Below are positions 1 to 10,922 of a DNA stretch of 64,000 nt, piece after piece. The notes beneath the pieces are model-generated. The model did no database searches and had not been told where the DNA came from. It was given only the letters and a program-made list of their open reading frames with translations. Every line of letters starts with the position of its first letter. Positions within the stretch are counted from its first letter, which is position 1. The translations under genes were made by a program, and so were the position numbers. Source of the DNA: Lysobacterales bacterium (GTDB taxonomy: Bacteria > Pseudomonadota > Gammaproteobacteria > Xanthomonadales > Wenzhouxiangellaceae); contig JAKSCJ010000259.1 of NCBI GenBank assembly GCA_022360675.1, positions 4,169-68,168 on the forward strand. The letters are read 5' to 3'.

Positions 1-1
1 G

Positions 2-430
2 CTTGAAGGTTTCAAGCGTGGCGCCGACGATTACCTGGTGAAGCCGTTTGAGCTGCAAGAAGTGGAAGCACGTTTGCAGGTCATTACACGCCGGGGGCGG
101 AATCAATCCACCCGCAAACTGCAGGTGGGCGATCTGGAATACGATCTAGATACCCTGATGGTGATTCGTGAAGGACGCGAACTGGAGCTGAATCCCATTG
201 GTCTGAAAATTTTACGGCGTTTGATGGAAGCTTCCCCGCGTGTGGTGACGCGCCAAGAGCTGGAATCCTATGTTTGGGGTGATGAGCTTCCCGATAGCGA
301 CAGCCTGCGTGTGCATATCCACAGCTTGCGTACGGTGATCGACAAACCCTTTAGTCACCCCTTAATTCAAACACGCCATGGAATCGGTTATCGCTTGGTG
401 ACTGCGGATGCAATACCGACGAAGGCTTAG
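2..430 (+). CDS. OmpR/PhoB-family response regulator, 5'-truncated by the window edge
   Basis: The frame is open from nt 2 (LEGFKRGADDYLVKPF is the end of a REC domain). A winged-helix output domain follows (LEYDLDTL, ELNPIGLKILRRLM, RVHIHSLRTVIDK, GIGYRL). The 3' end overlaps the downstream kinase gene, as is typical of two-component operons. Confidence 0.85.
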   Translation, partial: LEGFKRGADDYLVKPFELQEVEARLQVITRRGRNQSTRKLQVGDLEYDLDTLMVIREGRELELNPIGLKILRRLMEASPRVVTRQELESYVWGDELPDSDSLRVHIHSLRTVIDKPFSHPLIQTRHGIGYRLVTADAIPTKA

Positions 431-1721
431 AAGCCGGATTATCCTGTCGTTTCTGATTTTCGGTACGGTGCTCAGCGGCCTCTTTGCCGTGAGCGCCTTT
501 GTGCTGCAAGACTACATTACCGATCAACTGATTTCGCGCACGCTGAAAGAGGAGCTGGACGATTACGTTGTGCAGCTGCGCAAAAACCCCAGCGTGGCCG
601 AACCTTTCTATTCCCGTATCGATGGTTACGTGACCCGACCGGGCAAAGCCGATATCGTGCCAGCGCCGTTTCGTAGTTTGGAGTCGGGCGTGCACGAGAT
701 TTCCACCAACGGAAAATCCTACCGCGCCGCCGTTCGTAAAGAAGACGATTTCTGGGTTTTTCTCACCTACGATGTTACCGCCGACCGTAATATCACCCGG
801 CAGTTGTCTTGGGCGTTATTGGGCGTGGTACTGGTGTTTTCAGCGTTGTCTTATGGTTTAGGGCGCTGGTCGTCTGGGCGCGTGATGTCGCCGGTGCGCG
901 AACTAGCCAGGCGCGTCAGCGCCATGGGCTCCGAAGCTGAACCCCAGGCGCTCAGCACCCATTTTGCTGACGATGAAGTGGGGCAGTTGGCTGAAGCTTT
1001 AGATGACTACTCGGCGCGTTTGCGAGAATTGGTTGAGCGTGACAAAGCCTTTAATGCCGATGTTTCCCACGAATTACGCACGCCGCTGGCGGTCATTACT
1101 GGGGCCACCGAGCTGCTACTTTCGATGCCAAACATGCCACCCAAAGCCCACGAGCGCTTATTGCGAATTGCGCGGGCGGCACGGCAGTCGGCTGATATCA
1201 CTACCGCTTTGTTGCACTTGGTGCGCGCCGAACGTGGCACCACCGAAGACAGCCGGGCGCGTAATGTGGGCGATATCGTGGAAGAAGTGGCCGAGCTGCA
1301 TCGCCCGTTAATCGGTGCTAAAGCATTAACCATTGCGGTGGCGCATAAAGAAAAGCTGAGCGTGATTGCTCCCGACGCGGTGATCGCGGTGACGGTGGGG
1401 AATCTGCTGGGTAATGCCATCCGCTACACCCCAGAAGGTCAGGTGACCCTGACGGTGGAAAGTGGGCAAGTGATGATCCAAGACACCGGCCCTGGAATTG
1501 CTCCCGATGACTTACCCAAAGTCTTTGAACGCCACTATCGCGGCCACACCGCCGATGGCAAAGGCGCGGGCTTGGGTTTGGCCATTGTGAAACGCCTGTG
1601 CGAACTCTATGGCTGGAGAATTGTCTTTAGCTCACCACGCTCAGGCGGTTTACGCGCAGTGTTAGAGTTTTATCCTGAATCGCGCGGGCAGGTCATTCAA
1701 ACCTTGCAAGACGTGGATTAA
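408..1721 (+). CDS. Two-component sensor histidine kinase (2 TM, HisKA, HATPase_c)
   Basis: ATG at 408. Two hydrophobic segments flank a loop of about 100 aa. H-box VSHELRTPLA, N-box LLGNAIRYT, G-boxes QDTGPGI and GAGLGLAIV. Confidence 0.9.
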   Translation: MQYRRRLRSRIILSFLIFGTVLSGLFAVSAFVLQDYITDQLISRTLKEELDDYVVQLRKNPSVAEPFYSRIDGYVTRPGKADIVPAPFRSLESGVHEISTNGKSYRAAVRKEDDFWVFLTYDVTADRNITRQLSWALLGVVLVFSALSYGLGRWSSGRVMSPVRELARRVSAMGSEAEPQALSTHFADDEVGQLAEALDDYSARLRELVERDKAFNADVSHELRTPLAVITGATELLLSMPNMPPKAHERLLRIARAARQSADITTALLHLVRAERGTTEDSRARNVGDIVEEVAELHRPLIGAKALTIAVAHKEKLSVIAPDAVIAVTVGNLLGNAIRYTPEGQVTLTVESGQVMIQDTGPGIAPDDLPKVFERHYRGHTADGKGAGLGLAIVKRLCELYGWRIVFSSPRSGGLRAVLEFYPESRGQVIQTLQDVD

Positions 1722-1798
1722 ATCTAGTTTTGCCGATAGCACCAAAGCCAGTACTTTGCTGCACTTAAAAGCTTTGCTGTCATGCAATCCCTTACTTT

Positions 1799-1822
1799 GT
1801 GGGTCCGTTCAAGTGGACCCAC
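1799..1822 (+). terminator. Perfect 8-bp GC-rich hairpin downstream of the kinase gene (possible terminator or REP-like element)
   Basis: GTGGGTCC-gttcaagt-GGACCCAC. No T-run follows, so the call is weak. Confidence 0.3.
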
Positions 1823-1994
1823 TTAAGTTGGGCGGATCCAGCCATCTAACCCAGGTGACCTAACTCAGGTCGGGCAAATGTAATCGCTGAGCTTGCGCTT
1901 GGGCTGTGCTTGCACTTCAAACTGGTATGATGCCAGTCGTATTGAGCGCCCCCGCCCCCGCTTCATCCAAAATTAAGGTTATCGAAGAAGATCT

Positions 1995-2345
1995 ATGGCC
2001 ATCGTTCGTTGCCCATCTTGTACCAAACGTACTTCAGACCAACAGCAGCAGTGCCCTCACTGCGGTAGCACTCTGAATCTGGACGATGCCGATGTAGGCG
2101 AGCGTCGACGTTTTCTGAAAGATCAGCTTTACCGTTACCGTATGGGCGGGCATGTCTCAGTAACCGTGATGGTCTTGGCCATTATTATTTGGTGGATTCC
2201 CACCAACGGCCAGCTCAGTAACATTCCGCTGTGGTTGAAAGTGGCTTTGGCTGCCGGTGTATTAGGGCAGGGTTACTGTCGGTATCATATCTTTCGCTTT
2301 AAACGCTTGCTGAAAGCCCTGACAGACAACGATAAAGCGGGATAA
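1995..2345 (+). CDS. Small zinc-ribbon membrane protein (hypothetical)
   Basis: N-terminal CPSC...CPHC zinc-ribbon pattern, then two hydrophobic helices. An SD-like aaggttatcgaagaagatctATG lies upstream. Confidence 0.6.
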   Translation: MAIVRCPSCTKRTSDQQQQCPHCGSTLNLDDADVGERRRFLKDQLYRYRMGGHVSVTVMVLAIIIWWIPTNGQLSNIPLWLKVALAAGVLGQGYCRYHIFRFKRLLKALTDNDKAG

Positions 2346-2393
2346 CGATAAAGCGAGCATGCTCTGAGCAAGGCTTGATAATGTTTAGCGAAT

Positions 2394-2432
2394 AAAAAAC
2401 GCCCTGAATCAACATGATCCAGGGCGTTTTTT
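2394..2432. terminator. Bidirectional rho-independent terminator
   Basis: AAAAAACGCCCTG-(13 nt)-CAGGGCGTTTTTT. The A-run and T-run flank the stem, between convergent genes. Confidence 0.8.
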
Positions 2433-2555
2433 ATGCTTGAATCCAGAGCGCTCACTCGGCTTAAGTTTGAGCGCTCTCAAACTATCCTTGCTTGCAACCG
2501 TTGCTTAATTATTAAGTTACTTAATTAATCGGCAGATCAGTTGAGATGCGGCAAA

Positions 2556-3098
2556 TTACTCGACACGAGTGACGCGCAGGCGTTTATTAATACCGTCGAT
2601 GCGTAAATACCAAGCGCTTAAGAAACCAGGTTCAATGGTTACTTCGGGGTTTTCGCGGGTTTTCGCACCTAGCTTATGTTGCTCGGCCTGTTTCCAGATC
2701 ATGCCGTTTTCCAGTTCGAAGACGGTTTCGCCATTCCAACCGTTAAAGGTGCCTTTGATCCGTGTTGTGATGGGCGTGCGTTGGCCGTAGTAATCGCGGA
2801 AGCCGCGGCGATCACCTTCCTGATTGGCCGGATCGTTACCAGCGTATTGGCCGCCTTCCTCAGCACCTAATGAATGACCACGAATCCAGTCGTTAAGGGC
2901 GCGGAGTTCGTCTTCGCTGAGTTTTTCCAAGCCCGAGTTACGAAACTCCTTGGCGGTCATACGTTCTTCTAATGAAGAGAATCCTTGCTGCTGTTGTGCC
3001 CACAGCGATCCTGCCAGTAAACCTAAAACCAGTGCGAGTATGGCTTGTGCAAACTTAGTTTGGGCAGTGGTTTTTTTTGTCATGGATGTTTTCAACAT
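2556..3098 (-). CDS. Secreted/periplasmic hypothetical protein
   Basis: The ORF-track 205-aa ORF was trimmed to ATG 3098 (MLKTSMTKKTTAQTKFAQAILALVLGLLAGSLWA is a signal-peptide-like N-terminus). ATG 3083 is an alternative start. Confidence 0.6.
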   Translation of the reverse strand: MLKTSMTKKTTAQTKFAQAILALVLGLLAGSLWAQQQQGFSSLEERMTAKEFRNSGLEKLSEDELRALNDWIRGHSLGAEEGGQYAGNDPANQEGDRRGFRDYYGQRTPITTRIKGTFNGWNGETVFELENGMIWKQAEQHKLGAKTRENPEVTIEPGFLSAWYLRIDGINKRLRVTRVE

Positions 3099-3368
3099 AG
3101 TTTCTTTCAACAGAAATTTGTAACGAATCACCTTTGTAGTGTTCACAGGCAACCCAGGCCAGCGAGAGCACAAAAATGATCATGGAGTCTAGCATGTGCA
3201 CGCTGTGGCGGTGTTAATGAATAATTATCTTGCCAGCCACACGGCCCCTAAGCAGCAGTCTAAGCAAAGCTTAAGCCGCAGTTACGATGGGCCGGTCGGC
3301 TATAGAAGCCGGCCATTGGTAACTGAACGTGTGAAAACTGAAAGTGCCTCGTTTGAGATGAGCGGTAT

Positions 3369-4589
3369 TTATAAATCGTGCTTGTAGCGTACATAGGGTA
3401 CGCGGCCGAAAATACCGTCTAGAGGCTGGCGAGTATCGGGCTGCTGGGTGCTGGTGTCTTCTAAGCTGGTATCGAGCACATTGGTAGCACCGATACTGAA
3501 GCGGCCACTCCAAGGCGCTTGCCAGCTGAAGTAAAGATTAAAGGTGTTCCAGTCGTTGCTGGGCGTTGCCAAAGCACCGGGCTGGTAAACCTGATGAATA
3601 CCTTCAACACCACCGCTGAATGCACCTTTGCTCCAGCCCAAATGCAGGCGCGCTTGGCGTTGTAAGTCGTTGGTGCTTAACCAAGGAGGGTTGAAATCGA
3701 ACGCGGTGGCGCGTTTTAAGGATTCTTGACCAAAGTACTCGGCGATGGCCACATCCATCTGAAAACGACCCAGGCTGAATTCGCTGGTGTTGAGATGGAG
3801 ATCCATATCAAAACCGCTGCCTTGGCGCGGCTGTAAATCTTGTGCCGCTAAAGGTGAAGCTAACAAGGCGGCGTTGTATAACCCTTGATCCACCGGAGAA
3901 ATGGCAGATAAAGCGCCGCTATTGCTTTGTTGATCGAAAATCCCAAGCCCAAACTCAACCCCAGACGCCGGGCTAAAGCTGCCACCGAGGCGCAGGCTTT
4001 GGCCTAAGGGTGCTGCCGAACAACCGCTGGCGGTATAGCCGCTGGGGCTGAAATAGCCACCTTCGCAGTGGATTTGACCGATGGCTGCTAACGATTGAGC
4101 GAGTTGCTGTTCAACCTCAACAGTAACCGACCAAGTCGGTGCCGCTAAGCTCGTGTTATCGGTATTGCTCTGAGCCAAGGTGTTGTTAGCCGCCAAGCCA
4201 TTGCCAATGGTGTTGCGGCTGTGCAACCCAAACAGGTCGTTTTGGCTGCTAAGGTTGTTATCGTGCAGGCTAATGGTGTTAGCCGCATCGATAGAATAGG
4301 CTGCTTGGGAGAAATTGAGCGAGCTTTGGGGGGCAGAATTCGCCGCAGAGGGCGACGAAGTAAAAGCTAATTTGACCCGAGTCGAGTCGCTATTATTCGA
4401 AAAAACCAAGCTGGGTGCGGGTTGGCTGATCACAATGGCGAGTGGCGCATTGGTGTGGCTTTGACCGTTATGCGGGGAAAGCCAATTGATAACAGGATCG
4501 TCAGCAGCAGACGCAGCAAAGCTGCCGGTACACATCAGTACACCGAGCACGCTGGCTTTAATCTGTTGTCGCTGTTCTGTCCTGTTCAC
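3369..4589 (-). CDS. Putative outer-membrane beta-barrel protein (hypothetical)
   Basis: Signal peptide (GVLMCTGSFAASAADD), Ser/Asn/Gly-rich alternating segments, and a C-terminal region like the end of TonB-dependent/porin barrels (FSIGATNVLD...GRVPYVRYKHDL). Confidence 0.55.
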   Translation of the reverse strand: MNRTEQRQQIKASVLGVLMCTGSFAASAADDPVINWLSPHNGQSHTNAPLAIVISQPAPSLVFSNNSDSTRVKLAFTSSPSAANSAPQSSLNFSQAAYSIDAANTISLHDNNLSSQNDLFGLHSRNTIGNGLAANNTLAQSNTDNTSLAAPTWSVTVEVEQQLAQSLAAIGQIHCEGGYFSPSGYTASGCSAAPLGQSLRLGGSFSPASGVEFGLGIFDQQSNSGALSAISPVDQGLYNAALLASPLAAQDLQPRQGSGFDMDLHLNTSEFSLGRFQMDVAIAEYFGQESLKRATAFDFNPPWLSTNDLQRQARLHLGWSKGAFSGGVEGIHQVYQPGALATPSNDWNTFNLYFSWQAPWSGRFSIGATNVLDTSLEDTSTQQPDTRQPLDGIFGRVPYVRYKHDL

Positions 4590-4741
4590 AGCCCTTATTC
4601 CTAAGCTTTAGGTTTTTATGTTCTTCTGACCACTAATGTTGACATAAGTTCGGCATTTCTGCCAGTGCAAGAAGTGCCGGTCATAAGAAAATAAATAAAT
4701 AACTTACAATCGCTTGCAGTCATTTATTAAGAAGGATACAC

Positions 4742-5305
4742 ATGGCTTTAATGCATACCCCCATTTGCGATTTTAATGCGCCGGCACCTGAGTTTATTTT
4801 GCCCGGTACCGACGGCGAAGAATACGATTTGGAGCGCTTGCGTGGCCCCAATGGGCTATTGATTATGTTTATCTGTAATCACTGCCCGTATGTCAAAGCC
4901 ATTCGCGACAAACTGGTGCGCGATGCCAATGAGCTAATAGCCATGGGCGTGGGTGTTGCGGCCATCAATGCTAATGATGGCGATGAATACCCGGAAGATT
5001 CTTTTCCCAATATGTGCCGCGAAGTGGAGCAATTTGGCTACCGCTTCCCGTATTTGTGGGATGAAAATCAAACCGTTGCCCACGCTTATGGTGCCGTGTG
5101 TACGCCCGATTTCTTTGGTTACAACCGTCATTTACAGTTGCAGTATCGAGGTCGTCTCGACGATGCTGGCGCTCAGGCAGGTGTTAATGATCGTCCACGT
5201 GAGCTATTTGAAGCCATGAAGCAGATCGCCACAACCGACTCAGGACCGATTGAACAAGTGGCGTCGATGGGTTGCTCGATCAAGTGGAAAGCGCACTTTC
5301 GCTAG
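4742..5305 (+). CDS. Thioredoxin-fold thiol-disulfide oxidoreductase (AhpC/TSA-Redoxin-like)
   Basis: The CNHCPY motif is embedded in LLIMFICNHCPYVKA, with a thioredoxin-fold length of about 185 aa. Confidence 0.75.
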   Translation: MALMHTPICDFNAPAPEFILPGTDGEEYDLERLRGPNGLLIMFICNHCPYVKAIRDKLVRDANELIAMGVGVAAINANDGDEYPEDSFPNMCREVEQFGYRFPYLWDENQTVAHAYGAVCTPDFFGYNRHLQLQYRGRLDDAGAQAGVNDRPRELFEAMKQIATTDSGPIEQVASMGCSIKWKAHFR

Positions 5306-5521
5306 ACTTTATCCACACGCCCAGGCTAGTTTCGATAAGCATCTTAAGTAGTGGTTTTGCGTGGTGATAATGATCATTAATCACAATGGCTGCCGGATTT
5401 TGTTCATGCAGGAAAAACGCCATGACGGCACGATAAAATGAGCGAATGCTGATGAATGCCGGTTTGTCAGCGCTTTGTCGACCTGTGTAGTATTAGGCGG
5501 CCGATATTTTGGGGAGACACC

Positions 5522-5956
5522 ATGAGTGGGACAATTCTGCTGGGTATCGATGGAAGCGAAGGCGGCGCGCGTGCGCTGGATTTCGTTAAGCAATGGACGC
5601 AAAGCTGTAGTGGGCGCATTGTGGTGGCGTACGTCATCGAGTGGTCGCCTTATTCATTCAATACACCGCAAGAAAATGCTGAGCGACACCGGCGTCGTGA
5701 AGAAGAGTTAGAACAAGCACAAGCGAGTGTGTTGGAACCTGTGGTTGCGCAATTGAAAGCAGCGGGTTTTGAGGCTACTGGTGTGATCCAACATGGACAT
5801 GCCGCTAAAACCTTAGTGCGTATTGCCGATGAAGAACAGGCGCATATGATTGTGGTCGGTCGACGCGGACAGTCGGCAATGAAAACCATGTTGTTTGGCA
5901 GTGTGGCCAGCACTTTGGTGCAGTTGGCCAATGTTCCAGTCACCGTGGTTCCCTAA
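5522..5956 (+). CDS. Universal stress protein (UspA family)
   Basis: ATG 5522 gives MSGTILLGIDGSEGG..., and the C-terminus reads MIVVGRRGQSAMKTMLFGSVASTLVQLANVPVTVV (the Usp ATP-binding motif G-2x-G-9x-GS). The longer ORF-track start is rejected. Confidence 0.85.
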   Translation: MSGTILLGIDGSEGGARALDFVKQWTQSCSGRIVVAYVIEWSPYSFNTPQENAERHRRREEELEQAQASVLEPVVAQLKAAGFEATGVIQHGHAAKTLVRIADEEQAHMIVVGRRGQSAMKTMLFGSVASTLVQLANVPVTVVP

Positions 5957-5968
5957 GGACGGGCATTT

Positions 5969-7519
5969 TTGAGTGCCGATAACGAAAACTGTACCAACCA
6001 ACAAGGCTATTCCATGGTTTATCTGATTTTACTGCTGGGTCTGCTGATACCAGGCGCGGCAATGGCTGCCAGCTTGGATGAGCTTATTGATCGCGCGGTA
6101 TCGCCGGTCTCCGATGCCCTGACGAACATTATTTTCTATGAGCTGAATCTGGGCTTCGCCAATATTCCCTTTATTGTGGTGTGGCTGGTCACCGGTGCCA
6201 CTTTCTTCACTTTGTACTTCCGCTTTATTAATCTGCGCGCGATGAAACACTCGGTGCGCTTGATTCGCGGCGACTACACCGACCCTAATGCCACAGGTGA
6301 TGTAACCCACTTCCAAGCTTTGGCGACCGCGTTGTCTGGCACGGTAGGTTTGGGCAACATTGCTGGTGTGGCCATCGCAGTTTCCACCGGTGGGCCAGGT
6401 GCTACTTTTTGGATGATTTTAGCTGGCTTGCTGGGGATGTCGTCTAAGTTCACCGAATGTACTTTGGGTGTGAAGTATCGCCGTGTTAACGAAGATGGCA
6501 CCATTTCTGGCGGCCCAATGTATTACCTAAGCCACGGTATTGCCGAGAACTATCCGGCTTTGGCGGGTTTTGGTAAAGCCTTGGCGATGATCTTTGCAGT
6601 GTTCTGTATTGGCGGTGCTATTGGTGCGGGCTCTATGTTCCAAACCAATCAGGCCTTTGGTCAACTATTAGTGATTACCGGCGGCGACAGCAGCCCCTTG
6701 GCAGACTACGGTTGGGCCTTCGGTGCGGTAATTGCCGTGCTGGTGGGTTTGGTGATCATTGGTGGTATTCGCAGTATCGCGAAAGTGACCGAGAAAATCG
6801 TTCCTTTCATGGGGGCGCTGTATGTGTTGGTGGGCCTGATTATTATTATTTCCAACATCGGTGCCTTGCCTGCCGCCTTTGGCGCGATTATTAACGGTGC
6901 CTTTAGCCCTGAAGGTGTCGCTGGCGGTGCCATTGGCGTGTTGATCTTAGGTTTCCGTCGCGCGGCGTTCTCTAACGAAGCCGGTGTAGGTTCGGCAGCT
7001 ATCGCCCACTCGGCGGTAAAAACCAACGAGCCGGTCACCGAGGGTTTGGTGGCACTCTACGAACCGTTCGTAGACACCGTTGTAATTTGTACTATTACCG
7101 CCTTGGTCATCATTATTACCGGTGCAGTGGATCCCAACACCAGTATGGAAGGCGTGGCATTAACCTCACGTGCTTACGCCAGTGTGTTTGAGTGGTTCCC
7201 GTACCTGCTGTTCTTTGCGGTTTTGCTATTTGCTTTCTCCACCACCATTTCGTGGTCGTACTACGGTGTGAAGTCGTGGACCTACTTGGTCGGCGAGGGC
7301 AAGGGCAAAGAGTTGGTATTTAAAGTTATTATCATGATCTCGGTTATCCTGGGCGCTTCTGTAAATTTGGCAGCGGTCATGAATCTGGCCGATAGCATGA
7401 TTTTGGTGATGTCTGTACCCAATTTGATTGGTGTTTACCTGCTCACCCCCATCGTTAAGCGTGAACTCGATAGTTATTGGGGCCGCTATAAACGAGGCGA
7501 ATTAAAGGTTTATCGATAA
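5969..7519 (+). CDS. Sodium:alanine (amino acid) symporter, AGCS family
   Basis: Polytopic membrane protein with AGCS signatures (FQALATALSGTVGLGNIAGVA, GGPGATFWM, RRAAFSNEAGVGSAAIAHS). The start is ambiguous: TTG 5969 (AAGGA 10 nt upstream) or ATG 6014. Confidence 0.85.
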   Translation: MSADNENCTNQQGYSMVYLILLLGLLIPGAAMAASLDELIDRAVSPVSDALTNIIFYELNLGFANIPFIVVWLVTGATFFTLYFRFINLRAMKHSVRLIRGDYTDPNATGDVTHFQALATALSGTVGLGNIAGVAIAVSTGGPGATFWMILAGLLGMSSKFTECTLGVKYRRVNEDGTISGGPMYYLSHGIAENYPALAGFGKALAMIFAVFCIGGAIGAGSMFQTNQAFGQLLVITGGDSSPLADYGWAFGAVIAVLVGLVIIGGIRSIAKVTEKIVPFMGALYVLVGLIIIISNIGALPAAFGAIINGAFSPEGVAGGAIGVLILGFRRAAFSNEAGVGSAAIAHSAVKTNEPVTEGLVALYEPFVDTVVICTITALVIIITGAVDPNTSMEGVALTSRAYASVFEWFPYLLFFAVLLFAFSTTISWSYYGVKSWTYLVGEGKGKELVFKVIIMISVILGASVNLAAVMNLADSMILVMSVPNLIGVYLLTPIVKRELDSYWGRYKRGELKVYR

Positions 7520-7547
7520 AAGCACTGCCAAATATGGTTTTGCAGAG

Positions 7548-7620
7548 ATGATCCCCGGCATTCCACGCGTTGGGGATCATTTTTTAAACCCCGTACCTTT
7601 CCGTGCGGGGTTTTTATTTT
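7548..7620 (+). terminator. Tandem rho-independent terminators after the symporter gene
   Basis: GATCCCC-(15 nt)-GGGGATCATTTTTT, then CCCCGTAC-ctttcc-GTGCGGGGTTTTTATTTT. Confidence 0.75.
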
Positions 7621-7739
7621 TTATTAATTTAGAATAAATTTGATCTAGCCCCGTGAAAGCATGCTCTGTGCCTTGCCCCGGTGCGGTGCGATAAGCGAAA
7701 ATTAGCGACTTACCCCATGTAATGGCCCTCTTAAGATCC

Positions 7740-9755
7740 ATGACTGACTCCCGCACTCTCGCTAATGCCATCCGCGCCTTGTCTATGGATGCGGTACAGC
7801 AAGCCAACAGCGGTCACCCCGGTATGCCCATGGGCATGGCGGATATCGCTGAAGTTCTTTGGAATCGCCACCTGCGCCACAACCCGGATAATCCTCACTG
7901 GTGGGATCGCGATCGCTTCGTGTTGTCCAATGGCCACGGTTCCATGCTGTTGTACTCATTGCTGCATTTAAGTGGCTATGACCTGTCTATTGACGACCTC
8001 CGCGATTTCCGCCAACTGCATTCAAAAACGCCGGGTCACCCCGAGTTTGGCCATACGGTGGGTGTGGAAACCACCACCGGGCCTTTGGGTCAAGGTTTAG
8101 CCAATGCGGTAGGCATGGCGTTGGCCGAGCAACTGCTGGCGGCGCGCTATAACAAAGATGAGGCGGAGTTATTTAATCACTTCACCTATGTTTTTGCGGG
8201 CGACGGTTGTTTGATGGAGGGGGTTTCCCACGAGGTGTGTTCCTTAGCGGGCACGTTGAATCTGGGCAAGCTAATCTGCTTCTACGACGATAACGGCATT
8301 TCCATCGATGGCGATGTGAAAGGTTGGTTCAGCGACGACACCCCGGCACGCTTCCGTGCTTATGGTTGGCATGTCATTGAAGATGTGGACGGCCACGATG
8401 CCGAAGCGCTGGATCGCGCTATTCAGGCTGCCCAAGAATCCGACCAACCCAGTTTGATTTGCTGTAAAACGGTGATCGGCTTTGGTTCGCCGGCCAAGCG
8501 CGGAACGGCGTCTTCCCATGGCGCGCCCTTGGGCGATGAAGAAATCGCTGCCACCCGCGCTGAATTAGGTTGGGAACATGGTGCCTTTGAGATTCCCGAC
8601 GACATTTACACGGCCTGGAACGCTAAACAGCGTGGTGCCAGCTTAGAGAGCGATTGGAATCAACGCTGGGACGCTTATCAAGCGGCCCATCCTGAACTGG
8701 CCGCCGAGTTAAGCCGTCGTATGAGTGGCGAGTTACCGGCCGATTGGCGCGAAAAAACCGACGCCTACATCCAACAGTTGCAAGATGAAGGGCCCAAAGT
8801 GGCCACGCGTAAAGCCTCGCAAATGGCGCTGGAAGCCATGGCGCCCTTGCTGCCCGAACTTACCGGTGGTTCGGCCGACTTGGCGGGTTCTAACAACACT
8901 ATTTGGTCGGGCAGTAAAGATGTAGCTACCGATCCGGCCCAGGGTAATTACATTTACTTTGGTGTGCGTGAGTTCGGTATGACCGCCTTGGCCAACGGTC
9001 TAGGTTTGCATGGTGGCTTTATTCCGTATGTGGCCACCTTCTTGGTGTTTTCCGATTACGCGCGTAATGCGGTGCGGATGTCGGCACTGCTGCCCACCCA
9101 AGTCATTAACGTTTACACCCACGATTCCATCGGTTTGGGTGAAGATGGCCCCACGCATCAACCTATCGAGCACTTGGCCTCGCTGCGGATCATCCCCAAT
9201 GTATCGGTTTGGCGTCCTTGCGATGCGGTGGAAACTGCGGTGGCTTGGCAAGATGCTTTAGAACAGAAAAAAGCGCCCAGCGTGCTGGCATTAACCCGCC
9301 AAGGCTTACCGCCCCAAGCGCGTGATGCGCAGCAACTGGCCGATGTGCGTCGCGGTGCCTATGTCTTGCGTCGCGAGCAAGGTGATGAGGCTCAGGCCAT
9401 TATCATTGCCACGGGTTCTGAGGTGGGCTTGGCTATGGAAACTGCCGAGCAGCTGGCAGCCGACAACATCGATGTACGTGTGGTATCGATGCCTAACGCT
9501 GAAATCTTTGCTCAGCAAGACCCAGCGTATCGCCAGCAAGTATTACCACCTGCCGTACGCGCTCGAGTGGCCGTGGAAGCGGGTATCAGCCAGTACTGGC
9601 GTGCCTGGGTTGGCGACGGCGGTGCGGTATTAGGTATCGATAGCTTTGGCGCTTCAGCGCCGGCTTCAGTGCTAATGAAAGAATATGGTTTTACTCCGGA
9701 TAATCTCAATCAGATGGTGCGGGGTGTGATTGATCAACAGGAGCGTTCAGCATGA
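7740..9755 (+). CDS. tkt: Transketolase
   Basis: [57 protein letters not shown] and [16 protein letters not shown] are canonical transketolase motifs. The start was trimmed to ATG 7740. Confidence 0.97.
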   Translation: MTDSRTLANAIRALSMDAVQQANSGHPGMPMGMADIAEVLWNRHLRHNPDNPHWWDRDRFVLSNGHGSMLLYSLLHLSGYDLSIDDLRDFRQLHSKTPGHPEFGHTVGVETTTGPLGQGLANAVGMALAEQLLAARYNKDEAELFNHFTYVFAGDGCLMEGVSHEVCSLAGTLNLGKLICFYDDNGISIDGDVKGWFSDDTPARFRAYGWHVIEDVDGHDAEALDRAIQAAQESDQPSLICCKTVIGFGSPAKRGTASSHGAPLGDEEIAATRAELGWEHGAFEIPDDIYTAWNAKQRGASLESDWNQRWDAYQAAHPELAAELSRRMSGELPADWREKTDAYIQQLQDEGPKVATRKASQMALEAMAPLLPELTGGSADLAGSNNTIWSGSKDVATDPAQGNYIYFGVREFGMTALANGLGLHGGFIPYVATFLVFSDYARNAVRMSALLPTQVINVYTHDSIGLGEDGPTHQPIEHLASLRIIPNVSVWRPCDAVETAVAWQDALEQKKAPSVLALTRQGLPPQARDAQQLADVRRGAYVLRREQGDEAQAIIIATGSEVGLAMETAEQLAADNIDVRVVSMPNAEIFAQQDPAYRQQVLPPAVRARVAVEAGISQYWRAWVGDGGAVLGIDSFGASAPASVLMKEYGFTPDNLNQMVRGVIDQQERSA

Positions 9756-10762
9756 CTGTAAAAGTCGCGATTAATGGTTATGGCCGCATCGGCCGCAATA
9801 TTCTGCGTGCGATCTACGAATCAGGCCGCAATAACGAAATCCAAGTGGTGGCAATTAACGATTTGGGTGACGCGAACACCAACGCTCACTTGACCCGTTT
9901 TGATACCGCGCATGGTCGCTTCCCCGGCACAGTTACTGTTGAAGAAGGCCACATGGTGGTGAATGGCGATCGCATTCGCGTTTGCGCCGAGCGTGATCCC
10001 GCTAAACTGCCCTGGGGTGATTTAGGGGTCGATGTAGTTATGGAATGCACCGGCTTTTTCGCCAGCAAAGAAAAAGCCAGTGCCCACTTAAACGCCGGTG
10101 CCCGTAAAGTGATTATTTCAGCGCCTGCGGGTAAAGATGTGGATGCCACCATCGTTTACGGTGTGAACCACAACTCGCTGAAAGCCGAGCACCAGGTCAT
10201 CTCCAATGCTTCGTGCACCACCAACTGCTTAGCGCCGTTGGTTCAACCGCTGCACGATGCCATCGGTATTGAACAAGGTCTGATGACCACCGTTCATGCC
10301 TACACCAACGACCAAGTACTGACCGACGTTTATCATTCCGATTTACGCCGCGCACGTTCAGCTACCATGTCGCAAATTCCCACCAAAACCGGTGCGGCTG
10401 CGGCAGTGGGCTTAGTACTGCCGGATCTGGCGGGTAAGCTGGATGGCTTTGCGGTACGTGTGCCCACCATTAATGTGTCGCTGGTGGATTTAACCTTCAC
10501 TGCCAAGCGCGATACCTCAGTGGAAGAAATCAACGAGCTTTTGCGTAGCGCCAGCGAAGGCCACCTGAAAGGCGTGTTGGATTACAACGATGAGCCTTTG
10601 GTCTCCATCGATTTCAACCACAGCCCGGCTTCTAGCACCTACGATGCCAGCATGACTCGTGTGAACGGTCGTTTGGTGAAAGTGTGCTCTTGGTACGACA
10701 ACGAGTGGGGCTTTTCTAACCGTATGCTAGACACCACACTGGCATTGATGAACGCCGCTTAA
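9752..10762 (+). CDS. gap: Type I glyceraldehyde-3-phosphate dehydrogenase
   Basis: [22 protein letters not shown] and [11 protein letters not shown]. The loop [11 protein letters not shown] is GAPDH-like rather than the Epd version. An ATGA-type overlap with the tkt stop is present. Confidence 0.92.
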   Translation: MTVKVAINGYGRIGRNILRAIYESGRNNEIQVVAINDLGDANTNAHLTRFDTAHGRFPGTVTVEEGHMVVNGDRIRVCAERDPAKLPWGDLGVDVVMECTGFFASKEKASAHLNAGARKVIISAPAGKDVDATIVYGVNHNSLKAEHQVISNASCTTNCLAPLVQPLHDAIGIEQGLMTTVHAYTNDQVLTDVYHSDLRRARSATMSQIPTKTGAAAAVGLVLPDLAGKLDGFAVRVPTINVSLVDLTFTAKRDTSVEEINELLRSASEGHLKGVLDYNDEPLVSIDFNHSPASSTYDASMTRVNGRLVKVCSWYDNEWGFSNRMLDTTLALMNAA

Positions 10763-10922
10763 ACGAGCGCTAACGATACTTTTTAAGTATCGTATTGCCC
10801 TTAGATCAACCGGGTTGGGATGTTTCCCAGCCCGGTTTGCGTTGGTTTCGCCTAAGAGCTTTTTTCTAAATTTGATGACAGGCAATCGCCGCCCGCCTCA
10901 CTGTTTTCAGGAGCAGACTCCC

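Noticed and set aside
9752-10762. Calling the gene after tkt 'epd' (erythrose-4-phosphate dehydrogenase) on the basis of tkt-epd-pgk synteny
   Set aside because: The substrate-loop region reads [11 protein letters not shown], as in GAPDHs, rather than the Epd-type sequence I recall from E. coli. It is therefore called gap, and an Epd-like activity cannot be excluded from sequence alone.
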